Notes: generated from the sequence alone by a model not told the origin. DNA of 32,000 bases from Akkermansia muciniphila ATCC BAA-835 (GCF_000020225.1 NC_010655.1:2010001-2042000); one strand, 5' to 3'; shown: positions 1 to 15,087, counted from the stretch's first letter. Translations and numbers: made by a program.

Positions 1-88
1 GGGAGGAAGCAAGTTCGGTGCGGGAAACTTTGTTCTCTTCTAACCACCTTCCCAACGTCTGAATATCCAGCGGGCGTTTCTCGTCCAT
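1..88 (-). CDS. Hypothetical protein, N-terminal fragment only (gene runs off the left edge)
   Basis: ATG at 88..86 on the minus strand, open to the window edge (MDEKRPLDIQTLGRWLEENKVSRTELASS...). A GGAGA lies about 11 nt upstream. The fragment is too short for any domain call. Confidence 0.25.
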   Translation of the reverse strand, partial: MDEKRPLDIQTLGRWLEENKVSRTELASS

Positions 89-180
89 GCGGATAATTTT
101 CTCCTATCAGGAGGGCAAATGGAAGAATCCGGGTTATTTATGATTGACAAAATCCTATTAGGATAATAATAGCTCTTTTA

Positions 181-210
181 TTGGACAATATTACATCTCA
201 TTAGGATAAT
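181..210 (+). promoter_or_regulatory. Putative sigma70-like promoter for the OMP gene (TTGGAC, 18 nt spacer, GATAAT)
   Basis: The hexamers sit at 181-186 and 205-210, about 40 nt upstream of ATG 250. The -10 element lies inside the second copy of the repeated 11-mer ATTAGGATAAT. Confidence 0.3.
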
Positions 211-249
211 TCTTTGTCCTCTCTAAGGAATCCAAAACCTAAAAACATC

Positions 250-873
250 ATGAACACGAAAACCATCATCACCAGTTTGGGGCTTATGGGCCTCTCATGT
301 ACCGCACAGGCCGCCTCTAGTGACCCTTGGAACTATTATAGAATGGGAGGGAATTATAGTTCCGCATATTCAACACGGTATGATTCCAATTTTGGAATGA
401 GCATTAGAGGAATGTACGGATTCCATTCGGGGAATGATTATGGAATAGATATGCCAGACCTGTACGGTGCCCAATTAGGACTTCACGCTAACATTCCAGC
501 GGGTTCTGTTTTCCATGAATTATCTTTCAATCTCGGCGCGCTTACAGGTTCTAAAACCTACGAAGGGGAGTTGAAATGGAAACAACAGGTATTCCCATTT
601 ACCGCTGGATATTCTTTTAATGTCCCCTTATCTGATTCTGCCACTTTCTATTTAGGCGGCAAAATAGGCCTTCATTATTATAAACAGGAACTCTCTGGAG
701 GTGGAGGAAAAGTATCTGAGTCTGATTCTAGTGGAACTTACTCGGCATTAATCGGTTTCAAATTTGCTGTTGCAGAAAAAACAGACATCGTTATTGGATA
801 TGAAATAACGAAATACTGGTCAGATGTTGACCCATACCACTTTATCACAGTTGGCTTTAGCTGGTCATTCTAA
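250..873 (+). CDS. Small outer-membrane beta-barrel protein (porin/OmpW-like size class) with signal peptide
   Basis: Signal peptide MNTKTIITSLGLMGLSCTAQA. The sequence has alternating Gly/Tyr/aromatic-rich strands and ends in GFSWSF, the C-terminal Phe signature of beta-barrel OMPs. The TTG at 214 is less likely than ATG 250. The gene is visibly AT-richer than most of the window. Confidence 0.75.
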   Translation: MNTKTIITSLGLMGLSCTAQAASSDPWNYYRMGGNYSSAYSTRYDSNFGMSIRGMYGFHSGNDYGIDMPDLYGAQLGLHANIPAGSVFHELSFNLGALTGSKTYEGELKWKQQVFPFTAGYSFNVPLSDSATFYLGGKIGLHYYKQELSGGGGKVSESDSSGTYSALIGFKFAVAEKTDIVIGYEITKYWSDVDPYHFITVGFSWSF

Positions 874-894
874 CTTTCGGCGGTGAATTAACTG

Positions 895-934
895 GCCTCC
901 TTCCTTTCGGGGAAGGGGGCGATTCTTTGATTTG
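895..934 (+). terminator. Rho-independent terminator after the OMP gene
   Basis: GCCTCCTTCC-TTTCGG-GGAAGGGGGC forms a 10-bp stem with one G.U pair, followed by the T-rich GATTCTTTGATTTG. Confidence 0.6.
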
Positions 935-936
935 CA

Positions 937-1973
937 TGACTTAGGCCGTCGCCTTGCTCGCAAGGTGGCGGTCAATTCTTCAATTCGGCGTAAGTAATTC
1001 TCGTCGAAAATGCTTTAGCCATAAGAGAATCCAATCTTACCCATGTGTGGATTTTCACATTTCCCTCATTCAACCGATACGCAAATTCATCTACATATCT
1101 CTGTAAATGTTTTGTGCTGAATGAATGGTAGATTCCATAGAATCCTCTCTTCAAAACCGCCCATACGCTCTCGATGCCGTTAGTATGGGCCATTCCGTCA
1201 ACATACTGCTTGGCACTATGATTCACCACCTGATGATTGAACTGTGATTCTTTGTAAGAAGCATGTTCATCAGTAACCAGAACGGAATCCCGGCTCAAAT
1301 ACTTATTCAAAACTTGGTGAACTGTATCTCTTGAAGTGTCGGGAATAACCCTTGCTAAAACCTTTCCTGCTCTGGCTCTCATTCCTAAAACCGCTGTCTT
1401 TCCAACAATTCCGCGCCCAGCCTTCAATTTCTGAGATTCGTGCTTATTGGATTCCTTGCCTCCAATATACACCCCATCAGCTTCAACAATTCCAGATAGA
1501 AAGCCGTTATTGTCATCGTCATCATGGTTGGAATTGCATGCTTCCCTAATCCTTTGAAGCATGAACCACGCCGTTTTTTGCGTAACCCCAATTTCCTTGG
1601 AAAGTTGCATGGAGCTAATACCCTTTCTGGAAGTCACTACTAAATAGAAGGCAAAAATCCATTTATGAAGTGGAACATGGCTTCTCTCAAAAATAGTTCC
1701 AGTCCTCACAGTATAAACTTTCCCGCACTCCCCGCATTCAAAATACCCCTCAACCCCGTTCCTCTTTACTCTATACTGTTTTTCGCTTTTCCCGCAGAAC
1801 GGGCAAACTACCTTATCGCCCCACCGCTTTTCCTCTAAATACTTTTTAGCTGATTCCTCATTGGGGAATTTTTCAAAAAGCTCAAAAAGTGAAATAGTTA
1901 AGCGGTCGTTCATGGGTGCCTCCTTAGTATGGCTAATTAATAGCATACGGAGAAACCGAAGTCAAGTATATAA

Positions 1974-1975
<2 letters not shown>
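937..1975. mobile_element. IS1595-family insertion sequence (ends approximate)
   Basis: A single transposase ORF is flanked by weak candidate terminal inverted repeats sharing TGACTTNGG (937-945, and the reverse complement at 1956-1964). The right end abuts the reading frame of a truncated GH2 gene. No target-site duplication is visible. The ends are uncertain by tens of bp. Confidence 0.65.
972..1913 (-). CDS. IS1595-family (ISXO2-like) DDE transposase with N-terminal zinc-ribbon
   Basis: Cys-pair zinc ribbon CPFCGK...CGECGK followed by a DDE-type core (VEADGVYIGG ... VLVTDEHASY ... NGIESVWAVLKRG), which is typical of IS1595/ISXO2 transposases. ATG at 1913 is preceded by AGGAGG. The upstream ATG at 1946 lacks an RBS. 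Confidence 0.9.
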   Translation of the reverse strand: MNDRLTISLFELFEKFPNEESAKKYLEEKRWGDKVVCPFCGKSEKQYRVKRNGVEGYFECGECGKVYTVRTGTIFERSHVPLHKWIFAFYLVVTSRKGISSMQLSKEIGVTQKTAWFMLQRIREACNSNHDDDDNNGFLSGIVEADGVYIGGKESNKHESQKLKAGRGIVGKTAVLGMRARAGKVLARVIPDTSRDTVHQVLNKYLSRDSVLVTDEHASYKESQFNHQVVNHSAKQYVDGMAHTNGIESVWAVLKRGFYGIYHSFSTKHLQRYVDEFAYRLNEGNVKIHTWVRLDSLMAKAFSTRITYAELKN

Positions 1976-7599
<5,624 letters not shown>

Positions 7600-7646
7600 C
7601 GGAGCGGCAGGCGTTTTGCACTGCTTCCCGGATGGAGAAGTTTTCC

Positions 7647-7684
7647 AGCCGTGCGCCCTTTCCGGGGTGCACGGCTTGTTGTTG
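7647..7684 (+). terminator. Strong hairpin downstream of the LacZ-like GH2 gene (probable terminator or attenuator)
   Basis: AGCCGTGCGCCC-TTTCCG-GGGGTGCACGGCT forms a 12-bp stem with one G.U pair, followed by TGTTGTTG. The GTG at 7651 used by the ORF track lies inside this stem. Confidence 0.5.
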
Positions 7685-7716
7685 CGGGCTTTTCAGGGTG
7701 CGGAAATGTTTTTTTA

Positions 7717-10329
7717 ATGAAAGAAAGAACATGGCGGAATGGTAACATACGCATGCGCAAGATGATGGCCTGCATGCTGGGCGCTGCCCTGTGTTTTTCC
7801 ATGGCCGGAGCGGAAACAGGCGTTTCCTCTGCGGAAAAAGCTTCACCCCTGTTCGGGAGGATGATCTGGAATCGCGGCTGGGAGTTCCGGCTTGAGGACG
7901 AGCCCGGAAAGAGCGGCTGGCAGACGGTTCATCTGCCCCATACGTTCAGTCTGCCCTACTTTATGTCCGATTCCTTTTACACGGGGTTCGGCTCCTACCG
8001 CAAGAAGCTTGTCATGCCGGAGGAATGGCAGGGGAAGAAGGTGTTTCTGGATTGCGGCGCAGCTTTCCAGGTGGCGGAGGTGAAGGTGAATGGGAAGACT
8101 GCGGGAAGGCATGAAGGGGGGTATACGGCCTTCCGGTCGGATTTGACGCCTTTCCTGAAGCCCGGCGAGAACTGGGTGGAGGTACGGGTGGATAACCGCT
8201 GGAGCCCCCGCATTGCGCCTCGGGCGGGGGAGCATACTTTTTCCGGAGGACTGTACCGGAACGTGCATCTGCACGTGTGTTCTCCCGTGTATTTGCCCGC
8301 GCACGGAGTATGGGTTCAGACGCCGGAGGTGACGGCGGCCCGCGGGAAGGTCCGGATTTTGACGGAAGTGAAGAATGATACCGGGACAGTGAGGAAAGTG
8401 ACGGTGCGGCATACTGTGCGGGATGAGCAAAGCGGCTGCGTGGTGCTGCGGGGAGAGAAGGGCGCGGAACTGGGGGCCGGGGAAGATTCTCGCGTACAGG
8501 CTGACCTGCCTCCTCTGGCTTCTCCCAGGTTGTGGAGCCCTGCGGCCCCCAATATGTACCGTGTGACGACGGAATTGTTGGACGAGAAGGGGAAGGTGCT
8601 GGACCGGGCTGAAAATCCCCTGGGTTTCCGTACTCTGGAGCTGACGGCGGACCAGGGTATGCTGATTAACGGGAAACCTGTTTATCTGCAGGGGGCCAAT
8701 GTGCACCAGGACCACGCCGGGTGGGGGGATGCCGTGACGGATGCCGGGGCCCGCCGTGATGTACGGCTGATGAAGAACGCCGGGTTTAATTTCATCCGCG
8801 GCTCCCATTACCCTCATTCCCAGGCTTTTCTGGATGCTTGCGACCGGGAGGGCATGTGCATGCTGAATGAAGGCATTTTCTGGGGAATGGGCGGGTTCAA
8901 GGAGCATGACAGATACTGGAATTGCGATGCCTATCCTGCGGAAAAGAAGGATCGTATTGCGTTTGAGGAAAGCTGCATGCGCCAGGTGAGGGAGATGGTG
9001 CTTCAATTCCGCAATCATCCTTCCATCGTCATCTGGAGCATCAGCAATGAACCGTTTTTTACCAGGCATGCGCCGGAGGCCAGGGCTTTGTGCAACAGGC
9101 TCATTACCTTGGTGAAGGAGTTGGACCCGACGCGCCCCGTGTGCGCCGGGGGCGGGCAGCGCGGAAATTTTGACAAGCTGGGGGACATGGCCGCCTTGAA
9201 CGGGGACGGTTCCCATGTGAAGACGCCCGGCAGGCCCAGCATGGTGACGGAGTATGGTTCCGTGAGCTGCCGGAGGCCGGGGGCGTATGCGCCGGGCTGG
9301 GGGGATATGAAGAAGGATAAGGAAGCGGGGATTCGCTATCCCTGGCGCGTGGGAGAGGCGGTCTGGTGCGGCTTTGACCACGGCAGCATCTGGCCTTCCG
9401 GAGGGCGCATGGGCATTGTGGATTACTTCCGCATTCCCAAGCGGGCCTGGTACTGGTACAGGAATGCGTTGAGGAATATTCCTCCTCCGGAGTGGCCTGT
9501 AGAGGGGACTCCGGCACAGGTGAAACTGTCCGCGGACAAGAAGGTTATCAGCCCGGCGGACGGCACGGACGATGTGCATGTGACCGTGAAAGTGGCGGAC
9601 GCCGCCGGAAGGCAGATATCCAATGCCGTGCCGGTGACGCTTACGGTGGTATCGGGTCCCGGGGAGTTCCCTACCGGCAAAAGCATTACGTTCACGCCCG
9701 GAACGGATATTGATTTAATTGACGGCTGTGCGGCGATTGAGTTTCGGTCTTATTATGCCGGGAAGACAGTGATCAGGGCGTCTTCTCCCGGATTGAAGGG
9801 GGATAGCCTCCAAATCGTTTGCCGGAATGCTCCGGCTTACGTAGCGGGCAGGAGCGCGGAAACGCGGGAAAGGCCCTACAAGCGTTTTAGCGCAAAGGAG
9901 AGGGATATCCAGCTGGCGCGGTACGGACGGCCCGAATCCGGAGAGAAAGCCAATTTGGCTGTATTGAGGCCCTGTTCCGCTTCCTCCGGATTTCAGGAGA
10001 CGATGAAGGCTTCCGACGGTGACGATGTTTCTGCATGGCATCCGTCCGTGGAAGACAAAGCGCCGTGGTGGCAGCTGGACATGGAGTTTGAATTCCGCCT
10101 GGACCGGGTGGAGGTGAAGGCAGCCGGAAGCTGGAAGGGGCCGGCTCCCTCGGTTCAGGTCAGCAGGGACGGAAATAGCTGGAAGGACATTAAAGCCGTT
10201 TTGCGCAAGGATGGGACGGAGCTGACCGCAATGTGTCCGGAAGGGACCGGCGCCAGGTACGTACGCATCCGCCTGTCTCCGGGGCAGGGAATTGCGGAAG
10301 TGGCCGTATGGCCGGCGGATGCGTCATGA
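7717..10329 (+). CDS. Secreted GH2 family glycosidase with C-terminal discoidin-like domain
   Basis: Start is ATG 7717, or ATG 7753 which gives the signal peptide MRKMMACMLGAALCFSMAGA. GH2 motifs are GSHYPHS, acid/base WSISNEPF and nucleophile VTEYGS. The C-terminal segment SDGDDVSAWHP...PWWQLDM...IAEVAVW is F5/8 type C-like. Confidence 0.9.
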   Translation: MKERTWRNGNIRMRKMMACMLGAALCFSMAGAETGVSSAEKASPLFGRMIWNRGWEFRLEDEPGKSGWQTVHLPHTFSLPYFMSDSFYTGFGSYRKKLVMPEEWQGKKVFLDCGAAFQVAEVKVNGKTAGRHEGGYTAFRSDLTPFLKPGENWVEVRVDNRWSPRIAPRAGEHTFSGGLYRNVHLHVCSPVYLPAHGVWVQTPEVTAARGKVRILTEVKNDTGTVRKVTVRHTVRDEQSGCVVLRGEKGAELGAGEDSRVQADLPPLASPRLWSPAAPNMYRVTTELLDEKGKVLDRAENPLGFRTLELTADQGMLINGKPVYLQGANVHQDHAGWGDAVTDAGARRDVRLMKNAGFNFIRGSHYPHSQAFLDACDREGMCMLNEGIFWGMGGFKEHDRYWNCDAYPAEKKDRIAFEESCMRQVREMVLQFRNHPSIVIWSISNEPFFTRHAPEARALCNRLITLVKELDPTRPVCAGGGQRGNFDKLGDMAALNGDGSHVKTPGRPSMVTEYGSVSCRRPGAYAPGWGDMKKDKEAGIRYPWRVGEAVWCGFDHGSIWPSGGRMGIVDYFRIPKRAWYWYRNALRNIPPPEWPVEGTPAQVKLSADKKVISPADGTDDVHVTVKVADAAGRQISNAVPVTLTVVSGPGEFPTGKSITFTPGTDIDLIDGCAAIEFRSYYAGKTVIRASSPGLKGDSLQIVCRNAPAYVAGRSAETRERPYKRFSAKERDIQLARYGRPESGEKANLAVLRPCSASSGFQETMKASDGDDVSAWHPSVEDKAPWWQLDMEFEFRLDRVEVKAAGSWKGPAPSVQVSRDGNSWKDIKAVLRKDGTELTAMCPEGTGARYVRIRLSPGQGIAEVAVWPADAS

Positions 10330-11703
10330 GGGATCCCGTTTTTCCGGAACAGGAGGCTTTTTTCTGTTACTGCGCGTACCGGAGTTTCCGGCGTCCTCTT
10401 CCGCCCGCTGGCGGCGCAGTTTGTCCCAATAGGCCAGGCGTTTGTTGATTTCCCGTTCAAAACCCCGTTCCGGCGGCCTGTAGAACTGGCGGCGGGGCAT
10501 GTTGTCCGGAAAGTAGTTTTGCCCGGAGAAAGCGTCCGGCGCGTCATGATCGTATGCGTAATTCTTTCCATAGCCCAGTTCCTTCATTAGTTTGGTGGGC
10601 GCGTTGAGGATGTGTGCCGGGGGCATCAGGGACCCGTATTCCCGTGCCGCTTTCCGTGCCGCTCCCCACGCGGTGTAGGCACTGTTGGATTTGGGGGCGC
10701 AGCCCAGGTAGATAATCAGTTCAGCAATCGCCAGCTCTCCTTCCGGAGAGCCCAGGCGTTCATAGGCGTCCCACGCGGCAATGGCCATTTGAAGTGCGGC
10801 AGGGTCCGCCAGACTGATATCCTCCATGGCGAAGCGGGTCAGGCGGCGCAGGAGGTAGAGAGGATCCTCCCCGCCCTCGAGCATGCGTGCGGCCCAGTAC
10901 AGGGCTGCGTCCGTATCCGACCCCCGCAGGGATTTATGCAGGGCGCTGATGAGATTGTAATGGCCTTCCCGGTCCTTGTCGTAAACCGGGGCTCGCTGCT
11001 GGACAATTTTCAGCAGTGCGTCCGTGCCCAGCATTTCATCGGGCTTGCAGAGGTCAAAGACGCTTTCCATCAGGTTAATGAGGTAGCGGCCGTCTCCGTC
11101 TGCCAGTTCTATCAGGGTGGCGCGCGCTTCCGGCGCGAGCGGCAGTTCACGCTGAAGAAGGGTTTCCGCCCGTTCAATGATGCTTTCCAGAGCCGGGGCG
11201 TCCAGGGAGTGCATGACGAAGACTTTGCAGCGGGAGAGGAGGGCGCTGTTCAGTTCAAAGGAGGGGTTTTCCGTAGTGGCCCCCACCAGCGTAACGGTTC
11301 CGTTTTCCACATATGGCAGAAAACCGTCCTGCTGGGCGCGGTTGAACCGATGTATTTCATCCACGAACAGGAGGGTCCCATGGCCGTATTCCCTGCGCCT
11401 GGCCGCTTCGTCAAAGGCTTTTCTCAAATCCGCCATGCCGGAGAAGACGGCGGAGAGAGCTGCGAAATGCATGGATGTGCGCGTCGCCAGAATGCGCGCC
11501 AGCGTGGTTTTCCCGCAGCCGGGCGGCCCCCATAGGATAAAGCTGGTCATCTTGCCGGAGTCCGCCATGAGCCGGAGAGGTCCTCCTTCCCCCAGCAGAT
11601 GATCCTGGCCCATGATGTCTTCCAGTGCGGACGGCCTCAGGCGGTCCGCCAGAGGGCGGTCCGCCAAGGCGGAGAACAGGCCCGGGATGTCGTCTTTTTT
11701 CAT
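10324..11703 (-). CDS. rarA: Replication-associated recombination protein A (AAA+ ATPase, MgsA/RarA)
   Basis: Walker A GPPGCGKTTLA, Walker B LLFVDEIHRFN, and an MgsA C-terminal domain (YDKDREGHYNLISALHKSLRGSD). ATG at 11703 (MKKDDIPGLF) is preferred over 11739. Confidence 0.92.
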   Translation of the reverse strand: MKKDDIPGLFSALADRPLADRLRPSALEDIMGQDHLLGEGGPLRLMADSGKMTSFILWGPPGCGKTTLARILATRTSMHFAALSAVFSGMADLRKAFDEAARRREYGHGTLLFVDEIHRFNRAQQDGFLPYVENGTVTLVGATTENPSFELNSALLSRCKVFVMHSLDAPALESIIERAETLLQRELPLAPEARATLIELADGDGRYLINLMESVFDLCKPDEMLGTDALLKIVQQRAPVYDKDREGHYNLISALHKSLRGSDTDAALYWAARMLEGGEDPLYLLRRLTRFAMEDISLADPAALQMAIAAWDAYERLGSPEGELAIAELIIYLGCAPKSNSAYTAWGAARKAAREYGSLMPPAHILNAPTKLMKELGYGKNYAYDHDAPDAFSGQNYFPDNMPRRQFYRPPERGFEREINKRLAYWDKLRRQRAEEDAGNSGTRSNRKKPPVPEKRDPS

Positions 11704-11875
11704 GATGCCCATCATACGCCGCCGGTAAAAGGAAGGCAAGGGGAGCCTGCTGGCATTTCAGGCGGCCCGGCACGACGGCACTTCGTGGAGAGGATGTTGC
11801 ACCCCGGTTTTGACGGGTGGAAGAGAAACTGGGGAGAAAAGGAAAGATTCCTGGGAAAAACAGTGTATATTGAAC

Positions 11876-13519
11876 ATGATGTTCAGACATGTTTCCCATG
11901 TGTTTCTTTTTCTGTTTTCCGGCTTATGCGGCACGGCCGTGAATGCTCAGGATCAGATAATACCCCGGCCCGTGTCCGTGAAGGTAGAGGCCAAGGGGGC
12001 GGCAACGCCCGTGAAGCTGGGTGAAGGAATGCGCATTATATGCAAGGAGAAGGACGGGGAGTTCCGGCGCCAGGCTCACTTGTTGCAGCAGTTTTTGTCA
12101 CGCGGAACCGGATTGGCTCTGGACGGGGCTGGCGGTACGGGAATAATCCGCGTTGTGAAGGACGCTGCCCTGAAGCAGTACGGGCCGGAGGCATACCGTT
12201 TGGAAGCGGCTCCCGGAAATATCGTCATCAGCGCCGCGACTCCCAAAGGAGTTTATTATGCGGGGCAAAGTCTGGCGCAGATGCTGCCTGCCGCCTTTTT
12301 CAACAATGATGCGGACAAAAAGAGCGTAAGTTGGAATGTAGCGGAGAAGCCTTTTTCCATATTGGATTATCCCCGTTTTGCCTGGCGAGCCTTCATGCTG
12401 GATGAAGCACGGCATTTTTTTGGAGAGGAGGAGGTGAAGAGGCTGATTGACCAAATGGGGCTCCTGAAAATGAATGTCCTGCACTGGCATTTGTCGGATG
12501 ATGCCGGATGGCGCATCCAGATTAAAAAATATCCCAAACTGACATCCGTGGGAGGCAAGAGGAGAGATACGGAGATAGAGACGTGGGGAAGCGGCAAGTA
12601 TGAAGGCAGGCCCCATGAAGGCTTTTATACGCAGGAACAGGTCAGGCGCATTGTCCGGTATGCGGCCGACAGGAATATAACGATTGTTCCTGAAATAGAT
12701 ATTCCGGGCCATTCCGCCGCCGCCATCGTTTCCTATCCGGAGTTGAAATTGTCCGCCAGGCCTTTCGCGGAAGTGCCCGTGAGTTTCAATGACGGAGCGG
12801 CGTTTGATCCCACCAGCGAACGTACCTACCAGTTCCTGGGAGACATCATGACAGAGCTGGCTTCCCTCTTTCCCGGAGGTATCATTCACATCGGCGGTGA
12901 CGAGGTGCGGTACAAAAAGTACTGGGAAGGCGTGCCCCACATTGAGGCGTTCATGAAGAAAAAAGGCATTAAGACTTTTCCCGACCTTCAAATCATGTTT
13001 ACGAATCGGATTTCCGGCATGCTGGCTGGGATGGGGCGCCGGATGATGGGGTGGAATGAAATACTGGGGTCCGACGTGCACAATGACGGCGGCCGGGGAG
13101 CTGCGCTCGGCAAGCTGGATGCAAATGCTATCATTCATTTCTGGTATGGGTCCGATAAAATTGCCGCCAAGGCGATCAGGGAAGGCCGCCAGGTGGTGAA
13201 TTCCACTTCCCACATGACTTACATTAACAAAGGATATGACAAGCTCCCTCTGTCCAGGTCCTATTCTTTTGAGCCCGTTTTTGCGGGATTGAACCCGGAG
13301 CAGCAGAAGAATGTCATCGGGCTGGGCTGCCAGGTCTGGACGGAATGGATTGCGGACGTGGAGAAACTGCACCGTCATGTATTTCCCCGTATTGCCGCTT
13401 ATGCGGAGACGGGGTGGACCCGGAAGGAGGATAAGAATTTTCAGGATTTCCAGAGGCGTTTGACGGGGTATGAAAAAATTTTGGATGCCCAGGGCATCCG
13501 GCACGGTGAAAAGGAGTAG
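11876..13519 (+). CDS. Secreted GH20 beta-N-acetylhexosaminidase
   Basis: Signal peptide MMFRHVSHVFLFLFSGLCGTAVNA. GH20 motifs are NVLHWHLSDDAGWR and IHIGGDEV (catalytic Asp-Glu pair). The ORF-track start at 11810 is a non-ATG upstream extension. Confidence 0.92.
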   Translation: MMFRHVSHVFLFLFSGLCGTAVNAQDQIIPRPVSVKVEAKGAATPVKLGEGMRIICKEKDGEFRRQAHLLQQFLSRGTGLALDGAGGTGIIRVVKDAALKQYGPEAYRLEAAPGNIVISAATPKGVYYAGQSLAQMLPAAFFNNDADKKSVSWNVAEKPFSILDYPRFAWRAFMLDEARHFFGEEEVKRLIDQMGLLKMNVLHWHLSDDAGWRIQIKKYPKLTSVGGKRRDTEIETWGSGKYEGRPHEGFYTQEQVRRIVRYAADRNITIVPEIDIPGHSAAAIVSYPELKLSARPFAEVPVSFNDGAAFDPTSERTYQFLGDIMTELASLFPGGIIHIGGDEVRYKKYWEGVPHIEAFMKKKGIKTFPDLQIMFTNRISGMLAGMGRRMMGWNEILGSDVHNDGGRGAALGKLDANAIIHFWYGSDKIAAKAIREGRQVVNSTSHMTYINKGYDKLPLSRSYSFEPVFAGLNPEQQKNVIGLGCQVWTEWIADVEKLHRHVFPRIAAYAETGWTRKEDKNFQDFQRRLTGYEKILDAQGIRHGEKE

Positions 13520-13578
13520 TTGAAAAATTCGCCGCCGGGGATGAAGCGTCCTGGCTGAGTCAACAGTAAACCCGCTTG

Positions 13579-14619
13579 TTACTTGGTTAAGGATTCGGGA
13601 GAGTTCCTGTCAATGGCTTCTTTGAGGCGTTCCGCCCGCTCCTGCATGTTTTCCAGAATTTTCAGAATATAAGAACGCGTTGTAGCCGAGTGTTCCGCTC
13701 CGCGTACGAAGGAAAGCCCCCGGTACAGTCCTACCGTTTCCAGGCGGAGATTCATATCTTCTCCGGACAGGTCTTCACTGGAGGGAGGAGGATAATTGGA
13801 AGCGGGGCCGTTCAGGGACTTCATCTGCATGGTATCCATATTAAGCAGGCAGCTTTGTATTCCGTTAGTGAAAATCAGGCTGCCCTGACGATGCTTGTCC
13901 TCCGGCCACAGCCTGTAAATGGTAACGGCGCTTCTCCCCCCGGGATTGATCAAAATGGCGGGGAAAACGTGTTTGCCGCCACCCTTTTTCCGGACGGTCG
14001 CGTCAAAATCGCATTCTCCGGAAAACCTGGTCGTGACACGGGAGGAGATGCATACTTCAAAAGGTACTTCCGGCGGCAGGGGAATCATGGTGGCGGCAGA
14101 CAGGGGTGACCCCGGAGGGAGTTCCGGAATCGGGAAGGGAAGCGTAATGATGTCAATGGCGCAGCTGATGATGCCGATGATGGCGAACAGCAGGATGCCT
14201 TTGTTCCGGAGCTGGGCTGACATCATTTTTCCATATTCCTCCGGATAATGCCTGCCTGCGGATGGTTCCTGCTGCAGGTAATAGCCGGTCAGGCGTGAAA
14301 TAACGGCCAGAGCGGCAGCCATGGCTGCCAGCCAAGCCAGGGCAAAAGCCAGATTTTCCGCTATGGGAATTGTGGTGAAAAAGCCGAATGTTCCAATAAT
14401 GACCGCCGTCAGCAGGAGAAAGACGGCCAGGAAGGTTATGCAACCTAAAGGGGCCGTGGAGACGGGAATCCAGAAACTGCTGCGTTTGCCGAGGGCTCTC
14501 AGAATCAGGATGGCAATGCAAAAAGAGAAGATGGCCAGCGTTGAATAAAAATGTTGAAACAGATAATCGAGCATGGCATGCGGGAAAAACTTGGATAGGC
14601 AAGCGGGGAGCGATTCCAT
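13579..14619 (-). CDS. Hypothetical multi-pass membrane protein with C-terminal soluble domain
   Basis: About four hydrophobic helices (e.g. LAIFSFCIAILILRAL, CITFLAVFLLLTAVIIGTFGFF, FALAWLAAMAAALAVI, ILLFAIIGIISCAIDII) are followed by a ~180-aa non-hydrophobic tail. I recognise no family motif. The start is uncertain: ATG 14619, ATG 14574 or TTG 14649. Confidence 0.55.
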   Translation of the reverse strand: MESLPACLSKFFPHAMLDYLFQHFYSTLAIFSFCIAILILRALGKRSSFWIPVSTAPLGCITFLAVFLLLTAVIIGTFGFFTTIPIAENLAFALAWLAAMAAALAVISRLTGYYLQQEPSAGRHYPEEYGKMMSAQLRNKGILLFAIIGIISCAIDIITLPFPIPELPPGSPLSAATMIPLPPEVPFEVCISSRVTTRFSGECDFDATVRKKGGGKHVFPAILINPGGRSAVTIYRLWPEDKHRQGSLIFTNGIQSCLLNMDTMQMKSLNGPASNYPPPSSEDLSGEDMNLRLETVGLYRGLSFVRGAEHSATTRSYILKILENMQERAERLKEAIDRNSPESLTK

Positions 14620-15087
14620 GCCGGTTTCCTGAAAAATATCCGGAAGCAAGCAGTTTTGCGCCGCGAAACGATAGAAGCCGAATGTTGAACTCCTTTATTA
14701 TTTTAGCCTTTTTCCATCCTTGCCTGCAAGATTTTTTGTTTACCTGTTTCTTTCTATTTGTTTTTGATATGTTTAAAAAGCATTGTCCCATAAGAAAATA
14801 TGGGAAAAAACCGACTCCATTTTCATTCAGTGAAAAAGATGCGGTTTTCTATAAGCGGAGGATTCCGAAATGGTAAAACTGTGTGTTATGGATAAGGGAA
14901 AAAGAGTATTCCTGCCATGGAAATGTTTTTTCCCGTTTATGAATGAAACCGCTGCGCCGTCTTTCCCTTCATCCTTTTCAAGAGACCGGGCGGGGAGAAG
15001 AGCCCCAGCCGGATGTTTACCTGCAAGAGCGTGGGGCAGACAGATCCGGCCGGGTTGATGAGGAAAAACGCTTCCCTGAAGAAACTG

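Noticed and set aside
1352-1549. 65-aa plus-strand ORF inside the IS
   Set aside because: It is antisense to the transposase gene, short, and has no supporting signal.
7843-9579. 578-aa minus-strand ORF inside the second GH2 gene
   Set aside because: An antisense shadow of a well-supported GH2 CDS, with an Arg/Pro/His-rich translation and no recognisable domain.
10612-11535. 307-aa plus-strand ORF (and 11177..11602) opposite rarA
   Set aside because: It is antisense to a gene with Walker A/B and MgsA motifs, and its own translation has no motifs.
12098-13504. 468-aa minus-strand ORF opposite the GH20 gene
   Set aside because: An antisense shadow. The GH20 signatures (HWHLSDDAGWR, GGDE) are on the plus strand.
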